Below, piece after piece: positions 40,637 through 50,130 of a DNA stretch of 64,000 nt (the stretch's first letter is position 1; each line of letters starts with the position of its first letter). This DNA is from an uncultured Candidatus Saccharibacteria bacterium (lineage in GTDB: Bacteria > Patescibacteriota > Minisyncoccia > Minisyncoccales > GWA2-38-27), in the NCBI GenBank assembly GCA_964609075.1, contig CAZSQP010000002.1, forward strand, positions 72,235 to 136,234, written 5' to 3'. The translations under genes and the position numbers were made by a program. A model generated the notes under the pieces. That model was given only the letters and a program-made list of their open reading frames with translations. It did not search any database and had not been told where the DNA came from.

Positions 40637-41302
40637 TTATTTTTCCATTTTCCACTCTATATCTTCTTTCTTTCCAACAAATTCCAACCAGGTTCCGTCT
40701 TTATCTATTACATACCATTTCTTTTTAGATTCTGACCAGATCATAGGATCTTCTCTATAATAGGGTTTTTTTACTATTTCTTTAGGTTTTAATCTATCTA
40801 ATTCCAGCCATTTTTTAAAAACGGTTTCAATAGTATAGTCAAGATCTCTTGATTTTGCCCAGTCAGCTACTTTGTCTATTGCTTTTTTAGCTTTTTCAAT
40901 GGATCCTGCTAGCTCTAGAAGCTGTTTAGCAGGTTTTGTGTATCTGGAATAAATTATTTTTCTTTTTTTAGCGCTTCTTTTAACTTCGTTTAAGCTCAAC
41001 CCTTTTGTTTTAAAATAATAGGTTACAATCTGCCTTACAGCTGTTTCTTCTTTTAATTCTTGATAATATTTTATCTTTCCTTTTTTTAAATATTCCTCTA
41101 TTTTTTTAGCTATACTTTTTCCTATTCCGTCTATTTTTTCTAATCCCTTTATTCCTTCTTTTTCATATATATCTTTTACATTTTCTTTAAGCTTTTCTAA
41201 AGCTCTAGCTGCTTTTCTGTAGGCTTTGGGCTTGAAAGCTGTTCCTTTAATGTTAAGGTATTCTTCTATCTCATATAATATTTTAGCTATTTTCTTGTTC
41301 AT
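40637..41302 (-). CDS. helix-hairpin-helix DNA-binding protein resembling the N-terminal (8-kDa + HhH) part of family-X polymerases
   Basis: IAKILYEIEEYLNIKG..FKPKAYRKAARALE ... LEKIDGIGKSIAKKIEEYL. No polymerase catalytic domain follows. Confidence 0.6.
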   Translation of the reverse strand: MNKKIAKILYEIEEYLNIKGTAFKPKAYRKAARALEKLKENVKDIYEKEGIKGLEKIDGIGKSIAKKIEEYLKKGKIKYYQELKEETAVRQIVTYYFKTKGLSLNEVKRSAKKRKIIYSRYTKPAKQLLELAGSIEKAKKAIDKVADWAKSRDLDYTIETVFKKWLELDRLKPKEIVKKPYYREDPMIWSESKKKWYVIDKDGTWLEFVGKKEDIEWKMEK

Positions 41303-41580
41303 CTTAGAATGTCTTTTATTCTCTGAGCTTCTTTTTCAACGATGTCTGAATCATATTCTCCACTATGGGCTGTTGTTTTATTGTAAACGGGTCTTTTTTG
41401 GTCTAAATGAAGATTGAATATTATGTTATTTTCATTTTCTTTTAGATAGATATGGAATCTTGGAAAATCGTTTCTGTCTAGAGGACGATAAAAAGAAGAA
41501 TTAGGCCCTCTTTTAAAGTGATAACCTATCTTTCTCATCATATTGGCTGTATTATATTTTTTTTCTATAGAAAACTTCAT
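41299..41580 (-). CDS. hypothetical protein (93 aa)
   Basis: The ORF overlaps the downstream gene by 4 nt. No family recognised. Confidence 0.5.
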   Translation of the reverse strand: MKFSIEKKYNTANMMRKIGYHFKRGPNSSFYRPLDRNDFPRFHIYLKENENNIIFNLHLDQKRPVYNKTTAHSGEYDSDIVEKEAQRIKDILR

Positions 41581-41634
41581 TATCTTATTCTATCATTTTT
41601 AGTTAAAAGAAAAAGGCCCGATTTCTCAGGCCTT

Positions 41635-42219
41635 TTAGAGGTTCTCCAAAGCCTGTATTAGAAACTTAAGAGAATATTTTTCGTTATTAATATGGAGGCG
41701 CAGAATAAGCTGAAGGATGATTTTTTCCAGCTCCTTTTTAACAGCAGCAAGAGGACCTCGGATGGATCCGTCAGTTTCTATAACAGAAGTTATCTGGTCT
41801 CTTGAGGCGAACACGGACCTCTTAAATCCTATTCTGACATCATATTTTTCTCCGATGCCTTTTCTTTTAATTAATCCCCAGCAAGTTTTAGCAGGCTTTC
41901 CCTGTTTTGGGCTAACTACCACCAGCATATTCCTGGGAAGATCTTCTGGCTCCTCTTTTCTCGGAAGGAAATTTTCAATAATCCAGGCCAGGAGCTGAAG
42001 ATTGTCTATATCCCCAGGCTTTTCTGCTTCGGTTCTGAAAAGAGGGATAACTTTTCTATCCGGTACATAGGTAATATCAGCCTGACCCCTTCCGGTTCTA
42101 ATCTTCAAAAAATTATCTTCTAAGACCTTTTCTATAATTCCTTTTTGAGTCTTTTCATTTCCCTTATGGGGAAGAACAATCACGAAAGTTCCTTCTTTCA
42201 TATCTAGTATATTCATCAC
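41635..42219 (-). CDS. hypothetical protein (194 aa)
   Basis: SD aaaggagg lies upstream. A TTGATT-16-TAAGAT promoter lies in 42220-42297 (minus strand) and a bidirectional hairpin at 41611-41637. Confidence 0.55.
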   Translation of the reverse strand: MMNILDMKEGTFVIVLPHKGNEKTQKGIIEKVLEDNFLKIRTGRGQADITYVPDRKVIPLFRTEAEKPGDIDNLQLLAWIIENFLPRKEEPEDLPRNMLVVVSPKQGKPAKTCWGLIKRKGIGEKYDVRIGFKRSVFASRDQITSVIETDGSIRGPLAAVKKELEKIILQLILRLHINNEKYSLKFLIQALENL

Positions 42220-42315
42220 AATCCTCCTTTTTTAAGGTTCTTTTTTTATCTTACATTTTTTTATAGAATAATCAAACATTGTTAAAAGATTTTTCTTTTG
42301 ATAAAATCTATTAAT

Positions 42316-42870
42316 ATGCCTAGAAGAATATTTATAGCTTTAAATCTTCCTTCTTCTGTAAAAAAGAGCTTGACTTCTATCCAAGAGGAGCTTGGTTCTT
42401 TATTTGAATCTAAACGGATTATAAGGTGGATAAAACCTGACAACCTTCATGTTACCTTGGTTTTTGTAGGATCTTCAGGAGATGAAGATTTAGTTGAGAT
42501 AAGCTATAAAGTGAAAGAGACAGCTTTAAGCCATAATCCTTTTTCTTTAAAGCTTGAGAAAATAGATTACGGTCCTCCAGGCAAAATACCTCCCAGAATG
42601 GTTTGGGCTAAAGGAGAGAATACAGAAAAATTAGATTTGCTTCAAAAAGAGCTTCAAGGAAAAATAATGGGAGAGGATAGGAGATTTACCTTCCATGTTA
42701 CTCTAGGAAGAGTTAGAAAATGGCAGTGGAAAAGAATAGAACCGGAAGAGAGGCCTGAGATAAAGAGGAATATTAGCTTGGAGTTTCCTGTAAAATCAAT
42801 TGATATTATGGAAAGCAATCTTAAAAGGGGAGGATCTGAATATACATTATTAGAATCTCATTCTTTATGA
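42316..42870 (+). CDS. thpR: RNA 2',3'-cyclic phosphodiesterase (2H family, ThpR/LigT)
   Basis: Two HxT/S motifs (LHVTLVFVG and FHVTLGR). I prefer ATG 42316 (MPRRIFIALNLP). Confidence 0.8.
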   Translation: MPRRIFIALNLPSSVKKSLTSIQEELGSLFESKRIIRWIKPDNLHVTLVFVGSSGDEDLVEISYKVKETALSHNPFSLKLEKIDYGPPGKIPPRMVWAKGENTEKLDLLQKELQGKIMGEDRRFTFHVTLGRVRKWQWKRIEPEERPEIKRNISLEFPVKSIDIMESNLKRGGSEYTLLESHSL

Positions 42871-44183
42871 ATATATATTTTATAGGTATAGGGGGAATAG
42901 GGACTTCGGCTTTAGCTCAGTATTATCTTTCCCAGGGCCATAAAGTTTATGGCTCTGATTTGGTTTCTTCTGAAATAATAGAGCTTTTAGAGAGAAAAAG
43001 GATAAAGGTTTTTATAGGTTCTCATAAAGCAGAGAATATTCCAGAAAAGGTTGATCTTTTAATCTACAGTCCAGCTGTTAAAGAGGGGAACCCTGAGCTT
43101 AAAGAGGCAAAGAAGAGGGGTATTGAGATAAAGAGCTATCCTGAGGCCTTAGGGGAGATAACAAAAGACTATTATACTATTGCAGTTTCTGGCACTCATG
43201 GAAAGAGTACTGTTTGCGCTATGCTTTCTTTAGTATTAGAGGAAGCGGGCTTTGATCCTACAGTAATAATAGGGACAAGATTAAAAGAATTTGAGGGGAG
43301 CAACTTTAGGGCAGGGGAGAGCAATTATCTTGTAATTGAAGCTGATGAATGGCAAGCTTCTTTTTTAAATTACCATCCTGATATAGTTATTTTAAATAAT
43401 ATCGAGATGGAGCATATAGACTATTATAAAGATATGGAGGATATTATGAATACCTATTTGAAATACGTTTCCAATCTTAAAGAAGGGGGCTTTCTAGTTT
43501 TGAACGGAGACGATGAAAATATATCAAAGCTTAAAGGAAATCTTTCAGGAGTGAATAAAGAGGAGTTTAGCATAAAACAAAAAGAGTCAGAGAGAATGAA
43601 AGACTGCTTAAAGATTCCAGGAGAGCATAATGTCTACAACGCTTTAGCTGTTTTAAGGACGGCAAGGATACTTAAGATTCCTGATGAGACGACCTTTAGT
43701 TCTTTATCAGAGTATAGGGGGAGCTGGAGGAGATTTGAAATTTCAGAGGGATTTATAGGAGAAAAGAAATTTACCTTAATAGCAGATTACGCTCATCATC
43801 CTACAGAAATAGCTTCAACTCTTAAAGCTGCTAGAGAGAAATACCCCAATGCTAAAATCTGGTGCATTTTCCAGCCTCATCAGTATCAGAGAACATATTA
43901 TCTTTTTAAAGATTTTGTTAAAGAATTTTCCGAAGCCCCCATTGACGAAATAATAATTACAGATATTTATGATGTTGCCGGTAGGGAAGAAAAAGAGATA
44001 AAAGAGAAAATAAGCGCTAAAAAGCTGGCAGACAACATTCAAAAAGAAGCTGTTTTTTATCTTTCCAAGAACGAATTGGAGCAATATTTAAAGGATAATC
44101 TAAAAGGAGGAGAGGTTCTTATCATAATGGGTGCTGGGGATATTTACAGACTGGCTGAAAAGTTTTCCACACAAGGAGTTTGA
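42867..44183 (+). CDS. murC: UDP-N-acetylmuramate--L-alanine ligase
   Basis: IYFIGIGGIGTSALAQ, AVSGTHGKST and DYAHHP. Confidence 0.9.
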   Translation: MNIYFIGIGGIGTSALAQYYLSQGHKVYGSDLVSSEIIELLERKRIKVFIGSHKAENIPEKVDLLIYSPAVKEGNPELKEAKKRGIEIKSYPEALGEITKDYYTIAVSGTHGKSTVCAMLSLVLEEAGFDPTVIIGTRLKEFEGSNFRAGESNYLVIEADEWQASFLNYHPDIVILNNIEMEHIDYYKDMEDIMNTYLKYVSNLKEGGFLVLNGDDENISKLKGNLSGVNKEEFSIKQKESERMKDCLKIPGEHNVYNALAVLRTARILKIPDETTFSSLSEYRGSWRRFEISEGFIGEKKFTLIADYAHHPTEIASTLKAAREKYPNAKIWCIFQPHQYQRTYYLFKDFVKEFSEAPIDEIIITDIYDVAGREEKEIKEKISAKKLADNIQKEAVFYLSKNELEQYLKDNLKGGEVLIIMGAGDIYRLAEKFSTQGV

Positions 44184-44265
44184 CAAAAAAGGGTTAAAAG
44201 AGAGAGAATAGTATAAAGAGAGTAAAAAACAAGGTCGGTTAAAAACTGTTAATTAATCAGAAATT

Positions 44266-44415
44266 ATGTCAACAGTTATTTGGATAATAGTAGCCGTTGT
44301 AGTTATTGGATTAATAATATACCTTCTTACAAAGAAAAAAGGAGGAGGAGAAGGAGAAGGCGGACCTACCCCTCCAGAAGGTCCTCCAGCACCGCCACAG
44401 CAGCCAACTCAGTAG
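44266..44415 (+). CDS. small membrane protein with a Gly/Pro-rich tail (49 aa; below the ORF-track cutoff)
   Basis: My translation is MSTVIWIIVAVVVIGLIIYLLTKKKGGGEGEGGPTPPEGPPAPPQQPTQ. A terminator follows directly. Confidence 0.45.
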   Translation: MSTVIWIIVAVVVIGLIIYLLTKKKGGGEGEGGPTPPEGPPAPPQQPTQ

Positions 44416-44425
44416 TTGAGATTTC

Positions 44426-44455
44426 GGCGCTATCTTTTAAAGGTAGCGCCTTTTA
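44426..44455 (+). terminator. rho-independent terminator
   Basis: ggcgcta (44426-32) pairs with tagcgcc (44444-50), followed by tttt. Confidence 0.75.
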
Positions 44456-44458
44456 GTT

Positions 44459-44488
44459 AAAAAAAAGAGCGCGGTAGTTTCCGCGCTC
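44459..44488 (-). terminator. rho-independent terminator of the minus-strand micro-operon
   Basis: The minus strand reads gagcgcgg aaacta ccgcgctc followed by ttttttt. Confidence 0.8.
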
Positions 44489-44571
44489 AGAACTTCAGCA
44501 GAGAGCCAAATAGGCTCCCAGTGCTATAAGCCAGAGTTTCCAGCTCATAGCTTTCTCCTTTGCAGGGGAGG

Positions 44572-44682
44572 TCAAAAGATGGACCGCCAGAGGGTAATGA
44601 AGAGGTGGTAGAAGATAACCACCACTGTACCGATGAGAGATCCGAGGAAAAATCCTTTCAGAAACTTCCATATCTTAATCAT
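44572..44682 (-). CDS. 36-aa hydrophobic peptide (micro-operon gene 2)
   Basis: My translation is MIKIWKFLKGFFLGSLIGTVVVIFYHLFITLWRSIF. Its ATG overlaps the upstream stop (ATGA). Confidence 0.4.
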   Translation of the reverse strand: MIKIWKFLKGFFLGSLIGTVVVIFYHLFITLWRSIF

Positions 44683-44852
44683 GATATAAAGCTTCCTTTC
44701 CTATTAGAACCAGGGACAGTTCCTCTTCTCGTTGTTTTTCTTTGTTTGCTCGTTCTTTCTCTGCACTTACGGCAGAAGTGATGAGGGGGCTCTACTTCAT
44801 TTTGGCAGTAACTGCCGTCCGGAAGACGTCCCAAACATCTATTTTTTTTCAT
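44679..44852 (-). CDS. 57-aa basic Cys-containing protein (micro-operon gene 1)
   Basis: My translation is MKKNRCLGRLPDGSYCQNEVEPPHHFCRKCRERTSKQRKTTRRGTVPGSNRKGSFIS (C-x9-C ... C-x2-C). SD gggagg lies 5 nt upstream, behind a consensus promoter. Confidence 0.45.
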   Translation of the reverse strand: MKKNRCLGRLPDGSYCQNEVEPPHHFCRKCRERTSKQRKTTRRGTVPGSNRKGSFIS

Positions 44853-44890
44853 TTTTCCTCCCTTAGCTGGTTTTCAATGAACAATAAACT

Positions 44891-44919
44891 ATTTTAATAC
44901 TATATCCCTTTTTTGTCAA
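44891..44919 (-). promoter_or_regulatory. consensus sigma70-type promoter (minus strand)
   Basis: The minus strand reads TTGACA (44919-44914), 17 nt, TAAAAT (44896-44891). Confidence 0.65.
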
Positions 44920-44961
44920 CAGGTATTTTCAAAACTAAAATAATTTGTAATAATAGATTTA

Positions 44962-46359
44962 ATGGAAAGAATATATACAAAAGAAACTTTAAATAAAGAA
45001 GAAAAAAAGGTTAAGGTTGCAGGATGGGTTAAAACGGTAAGATTTCATGGAAAAATAATCTTTATTGACTTAAGGGACTTTAAAGGCGTTCTTCAGCTTG
45101 TAGTAGGACCTAAAAGCAAATCTTACAAAACAGCTAAGAAGATAAGACCGGAATGGGTAATAGAAGTTGAAGGAAAGATATCGAAAAGACCTCCTAAAAT
45201 GACTAATCCTGATTTAGAAACAGGAAAGATAGAAATGGCCGTAGACGAGATAGAGGTTTTGTCTGAAGCTGAAACTCCTCCTTTTTCTATAGAAGGAGAA
45301 GGTTATGAGATATCAGAGGAGAAGAGGATGAAATATCGCTATCTGGATCTAAGAAGAGAGAGAATGAAGAATAATCTTTTATCTAGACAGAGGGTAATAA
45401 AGTTTATGAGAGACTTCTTAGTTAAGGAAGGGTTTGTAGAGATAGAAACTCCTATTCTAGGAAAATCTACTCCTGAAGGGGCCAGAGACTTTGTAGTTCC
45501 TTCCAGACTTCATCCTGGTGATTTTTATGCTTTACCTCAATCTCCCCAGCAGTACAAACAACTCTTACAGGTTGCAGGAATAGAAAAATACTTTCAGATA
45601 GCTAGATGCTTTAGAGATGAAGACCCCAGAGCAGACAGACAGGCAGAGTTTACTCAGTTGGATATGGAGATGTCTTTTATGGGACAAGAAGAAATTCTAA
45701 ACCTGACAGAAAAACTCTATACAGATTTGATTAAAAAGCTTTTTCCTCAAAAAAAGATTTTAAAAACGCCTTTTCCTCGCTTAAGTTATAAAGAGGCAAT
45801 GGAAAAATACAATACAGACAGGCCTGATTTGAGAAAGAATAAGAAGAATAAAGACGAATTGGCCTTTGCTTTTGTAGTTGACTTTCCTATGTTTGAATGG
45901 AAAAAAGAAGAGAAGAGATGGGGGGCTATGCATCATCCCTTTACCCGTCCTCAGACAGAAGATATTAAAAAGATAAAGGAAAACCCTTCTAATATTTTAG
46001 CTTATCAATATGATTTGGTTCTAAACGGCCACGAAATAGGAGGAGGAAGTTTAAGATCTTACAAGCCGGAAATTCTGGAAGCCGTTTTTGAAGTTTTAGG
46101 TCATACTAAAAAAGATATACAAGAGAAATTCGGCCATCTCTTTGAAGCCTTCAAATACGGAGTGCCTCCTCATGGAGGAAATGCCCCCGGTATAGACCGT
46201 TTTATGGCTATTTTGCAAGGGGAGAGCAGTATTAGAGAAGTTATCGCCTTTCCTAAAACGGGAGATGGAAGAGCCCTTATGATGGAAGCTCCCTCTTCTG
46301 TCTCTAAAGATCAATTAAAAGAGCTTCATATTAAAGTAGTAAAACCCAAAAAGAAATGA
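44962..46359 (+). CDS. aspS: aspartate--tRNA ligase (short form without the large bacterial insertion)
   Basis: OB-fold N-terminus, motif 2 FRDEDPRADRQAEFTQLD, GGGSLR, and motif 3 GNAPGIDR. Confidence 0.92.
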   Translation: MERIYTKETLNKEEKKVKVAGWVKTVRFHGKIIFIDLRDFKGVLQLVVGPKSKSYKTAKKIRPEWVIEVEGKISKRPPKMTNPDLETGKIEMAVDEIEVLSEAETPPFSIEGEGYEISEEKRMKYRYLDLRRERMKNNLLSRQRVIKFMRDFLVKEGFVEIETPILGKSTPEGARDFVVPSRLHPGDFYALPQSPQQYKQLLQVAGIEKYFQIARCFRDEDPRADRQAEFTQLDMEMSFMGQEEILNLTEKLYTDLIKKLFPQKKILKTPFPRLSYKEAMEKYNTDRPDLRKNKKNKDELAFAFVVDFPMFEWKKEEKRWGAMHHPFTRPQTEDIKKIKENPSNILAYQYDLVLNGHEIGGGSLRSYKPEILEAVFEVLGHTKKDIQEKFGHLFEAFKYGVPPHGGNAPGIDRFMAILQGESSIREVIAFPKTGDGRALMMEAPSSVSKDQLKELHIKVVKPKKK

Positions 46360-47288
46360 AGAAAAGATTAATTGTTCTATTTCTTTCTATTATTTTGAGC
46401 TTGCCTTTTTGGTTTTTGACCAACCTGAGCCAGTTTCATTTTGAGAACCTTTTAGCAAAGGAAATGGGAGCTGACAACGTTATTCTGACAGCTAAAGCAG
46501 TGGAGTTTATGCCAAAAGATATTGATGTTGAAGCAGATTCTGCTTTATCAGCTGAGTTAACAGAAAAAGGAATCAAAGTTCTTTATTCTAAAAATTCTTC
46601 TCAGAAAATGCCCATAGCCTCTTTAACTAAGCTTATGACCTCTTTGGTTGTTTTAGATTTGAAAGGAAGCTATGATATTTCTCAAGAGATACCGATTTCT
46701 CAAGAAGCTGTAAACAGGGATGGAGAGTCTAATCTAGTAAGGGGAGATATTTTAAATGTAGATAATCTTTTACACATGGCTTTAATGGAGTCTAGCAATG
46801 ATGCAGCTTACGCTCTAACTAATCCTTTAGGGAAAGAAGCCTTTGTTGATTTGATGAATCTTTATACAGAAGATATCGGTTTAAAGAATACTTACTTTTT
46901 TAATCCTACAGGCTTAGAACCTGATAATCCAGAAGATCCTTTAAATTTTTCTACAGCAGAAGATATGGTTTTTTTATCAGAATATATTTTAAAAGAACAT
47001 CCTGAAATATTCTATATCACAAAAAAGACTTCCTTTGAGGTAAAAAGAAAAGGAGGTATAATCCACCACTTTATACCAGAAAATACAAACCAGCTTTTAA
47101 AAGAACTTCCTCAGATAGTGGGAGGCAAGACAGGATGGACTCCTAAGGCTAAAGGTTGCCTTTTAGTTTTAATAGAAGATGAAAAAAAAGATAAGCTTTT
47201 TATAAATATTGTCTTAGGTTCTCAAGATAGATTTTCTGATATGAGAAAGATAATAAAAGAGGTAAATAGAATAAAATGGGAGAACTGA
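46356..47288 (+). CDS. D-alanyl-D-alanine carboxypeptidase (S11 family)
   Basis: SxxK (ASLTKLMT), SxN (ESSNDAA) and KTG (GKTGWT), with an N-terminal anchor. Confidence 0.85.
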   Translation: MKKRLIVLFLSIILSLPFWFLTNLSQFHFENLLAKEMGADNVILTAKAVEFMPKDIDVEADSALSAELTEKGIKVLYSKNSSQKMPIASLTKLMTSLVVLDLKGSYDISQEIPISQEAVNRDGESNLVRGDILNVDNLLHMALMESSNDAAYALTNPLGKEAFVDLMNLYTEDIGLKNTYFFNPTGLEPDNPEDPLNFSTAEDMVFLSEYILKEHPEIFYITKKTSFEVKRKGGIIHHFIPENTNQLLKELPQIVGGKTGWTPKAKGCLLVLIEDEKKDKLFINIVLGSQDRFSDMRKIIKEVNRIKWEN

Positions 47289-48337
47289 CAGTCAATGTTT
47301 TAAAAATATTTATTCTTGGAACCTCCTCTTTTGTTATTTCCTTTTTCCTAACTCCTCCTTTAACCAATATTCTCTATAAATACCGCCTCTGGAAAAAAGA
47401 GGCAAGGGGGAGGTCAATTGACGGAAGAGAAGTACCTGTTTTTAGAAAATACCATACAGAAAAAGAGAAAAAGGTTCCCAGATTCGGGGGGCTTTTAATT
47501 TGGATTTCTACTTTGTTTTTAGCTCTTTTATTCTGGCTTTTAAGTCTTTTTACTGATAATTGGTGGGTAAACAAGCTAAGCTTTTTTAGCAGAAGCCAGA
47601 CTTGGCTTCCTTTCTTTGCTTTAGTTTCAGCTTCTTTAGTTGGATTTTTAGATGATATTCTAGTAGTCTTTGGAAAAGGAAAATATGTTGGAGGAGGGCT
47701 TAAGTTGAGATACAGACTTATTCTGGTAGCTTTAATAGGTTTAATAGGAGGCTGGTGGTTCTATTCCAAACTTGGATACAACACTATTCATATTCCAGGA
47801 AATGGAGACATATTCTTTGGTTTCTGGTATATTCCACTCTTTCTTTTTGTAATGATGGCAACTTACAGTGGGGGAGTAATAGACGGTCTGGACGGACTCT
47901 CTGGAGGGGTTTTTGCTGTAATATTCGGAGCTTTTGCCGGAATAGCACTTTTCAGAGGACAGGTTGATTTGGCAGCTTTTTGCACTGTTCTATCAGGAGC
48001 TATTCTAGCCTTTTTATGGTTTAATATACCCCCAGCTCGCTTCTATATGGGAGAAACAGGCATGATGGGACTTTGCTGCGCTTTGACTGTGGTAGCTTTT
48101 CTTACAGATTCTATTTTAGTTCTTCCTGTGATAGCCTTCCTTTTAGTATTAGAATCAGCCTCTGTAATTATTCAGTTAATATCCAAGAAGTTTTTTAAAA
48201 GAAAAGTCTTTTTAGCAGCTCCTATCCATCATCATTTTGAAGCTAAAGGGTGGCCTCACTACAAGATAACAATGAGATTCTGGGTTATAGGGATTGTGGT
48301 GGCTATTGTGGGCTTGGCTATTAGGTTGTTAGGGTAA
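47276..48337 (+). CDS. mraY: phospho-N-acetylmuramoyl-pentapeptide transferase
   Basis: GFLDD, IDGLDGLSGG, APIHHHFE and a polytopic membrane profile. Confidence 0.9.
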   Translation: MGELTVNVLKIFILGTSSFVISFFLTPPLTNILYKYRLWKKEARGRSIDGREVPVFRKYHTEKEKKVPRFGGLLIWISTLFLALLFWLLSLFTDNWWVNKLSFFSRSQTWLPFFALVSASLVGFLDDILVVFGKGKYVGGGLKLRYRLILVALIGLIGGWWFYSKLGYNTIHIPGNGDIFFGFWYIPLFLFVMMATYSGGVIDGLDGLSGGVFAVIFGAFAGIALFRGQVDLAAFCTVLSGAILAFLWFNIPPARFYMGETGMMGLCCALTVVAFLTDSILVLPVIAFLLVLESASVIIQLISKKFFKRKVFLAAPIHHHFEAKGWPHYKITMRFWVIGIVVAIVGLAIRLLG

Positions 48338-48463
48338 ATCAATTGTTTTTTGCCTTAAAATGCCTTAAGATGTATTAATAAAGTTTCACCTCCAGTTTTA
48401 AGAAAAAAAAGTCAATTACAAGTTTAAAATAATAATTTATTATAAATTTAAACCTATAAAACC

Positions 48464-49975
48464 ATGAAAAAATATTTTAAATCTTTTTCTATTATTCTTT
48501 CTGTAATATTATTTTCCTTTCTATTTTTAGGGTCAGTTTTTTTCTTGACGTCTAAAGCTAATGCATTTTCTTTAGAATCAATGACATTAGAAGAATTGCA
48601 GTCTTTGCTTACCAGAATTAGATCTCAAATAGAAGGGATTCAGCGGGGAGAGGGAGAATGGTGTCATGATTTTAACGTTAATTTAAGATACGGAATGAAC
48701 GGATCAGAAGTGAGAGCTCTACAAGAAGCTTTAAAAAAAGAAGGTTTTTATAACAGATCAGTTACTGGCTATTTCAATCAGTATACTGCTTCAGCAGTAG
48801 TTGGTTTCCAGGAAAAATATGCTTCAGAAGTCTTGGTTCTTTGGGGTTTAAATCATGGAACGGGTTATGTCGGTTCTACTACTATAGCTAAGTTAAACAA
48901 TCTTTTTGGATGTGAAGAGGAATCAGAAACATGTCACACCTCAGATTTGTGGTCCTGGGAATACTGTACCCCAGATTGTAAGTGTAATGCGGGAGAAGGG
49001 GACTGTGACAAGGATAGTGATTGTAATACAGGCCATTGTGCTTATAACGTAGGAGAAGATTACGGTCAAAGCAGTAAGATGGATGTTTGTGAGGAAGAAA
49101 ATTATTCCATAAATGTAAATTCTCCAAAAGAAGACGAAGAATGGAAGATAGGGGAAGAACATGAAATCAGCTGGAGATCTAATTATGATGGAAAAGTTAA
49201 TATTATACTTTTAGATGCTCGTGCTGGCTTGTCTTACTATGTAATTGCTAGGAATATTGATGAAGATGACTGGGAGTATAATTGGGAATTTCCTCAAGAA
49301 GCAGAAGAATGGTCATTACCCGGTAATCATGTTTTTAAGGTTTGGATTGGTAGTTATGATCCTCCGTCTAAAAGCGGAGACTGGGAGCCGCTAAAAGATG
49401 AAGCTAATTCAAAAATACATGGAGAAAGCGAATACTTCACTATTTCTTCTTCTGGAGAAAAGTCCATCACAGTTATTTCTCCCAATGGGGGAGAAGAATG
49501 GGAAAAGGGAGAGACGTATGTTATTGATTGGGAATCAATAGGAGTTGATGATATAGAAGTTATATCTTTAATTGACTACAGTAATTCTTCAAATCCAATG
49601 GGATATCATCTTACTTACCATCACTCTACAGAGATTTTGTATTCTTGGACGATTTCCGATTCTTTTGAAGTGGGAGATAAATATAAGATTGAGATTACTG
49701 CTTCTGAGGGTGATGAAATTGTTTCTGATGAAAGCAATAGCTATTTCAGTATTGTTGAGAGCTTGGAGTGTAATGATGCTGATATTTCATCAGGAGAAAC
49801 ATCTGGGGTTTCTGATGGGGTAGTAAATATTTATGATTTGTTGAAAGTTAGGCAATGTGTTGGTGAGGATGCTTCCGGGGATTGCGAAGTTGCTGATATA
49901 AATAATGATGGAGTGATTAATGAAGATGATGCAGATATTGTTAGAAGTTTTTACTTACAAGAATGTATTGAATAA
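48464..49975 (+). CDS. secreted protein with a peptidoglycan-binding domain, a Cys-rich module, two SPxxxEEW beta-domains and a C-terminal dockerin-like module
   Basis: Signal peptide ...TSKANA. PG_binding_1-like GSEVRALQEALKKEGFY..TGYFNQYTASAVVGFQ. Repeats SPKEDEEWKIGEEHEISW and SPNGGEEWEKGETYVIDW. C-terminal SDGVVNIYDLLKV ... DINNDGVINEDDADIV. Confidence 0.7.
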   Translation: MKKYFKSFSIILSVILFSFLFLGSVFFLTSKANAFSLESMTLEELQSLLTRIRSQIEGIQRGEGEWCHDFNVNLRYGMNGSEVRALQEALKKEGFYNRSVTGYFNQYTASAVVGFQEKYASEVLVLWGLNHGTGYVGSTTIAKLNNLFGCEEESETCHTSDLWSWEYCTPDCKCNAGEGDCDKDSDCNTGHCAYNVGEDYGQSSKMDVCEEENYSINVNSPKEDEEWKIGEEHEISWRSNYDGKVNIILLDARAGLSYYVIARNIDEDDWEYNWEFPQEAEEWSLPGNHVFKVWIGSYDPPSKSGDWEPLKDEANSKIHGESEYFTISSSGEKSITVISPNGGEEWEKGETYVIDWESIGVDDIEVISLIDYSNSSNPMGYHLTYHHSTEILYSWTISDSFEVGDKYKIEITASEGDEIVSDESNSYFSIVESLECNDADISSGETSGVSDGVVNIYDLLKVRQCVGEDASGDCEVADINNDGVINEDDADIVRSFYLQECIE

Positions 49976-50130
49976 GAGAAATCCATTTTATAGAAGAAGA
50001 AAAAGAAAACTTTGGACCAGAAGAACCTGGGTGTAATGTGCTGCTATAGAGTAAGAGTCAATTAAATATAAGGAGACAGATTTAAAGGGGCTTTCGATGA
50101 CAGAATCTTACTGAATCTAAATAAAGTAAT

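Noticed and set aside
44560-44781. Plus-strand 73-aa ORF (TTG start)
   Set aside because: It is antisense to the promoter/SD/terminator-equipped minus-strand micro-operon, has no SD and has a low-complexity product.
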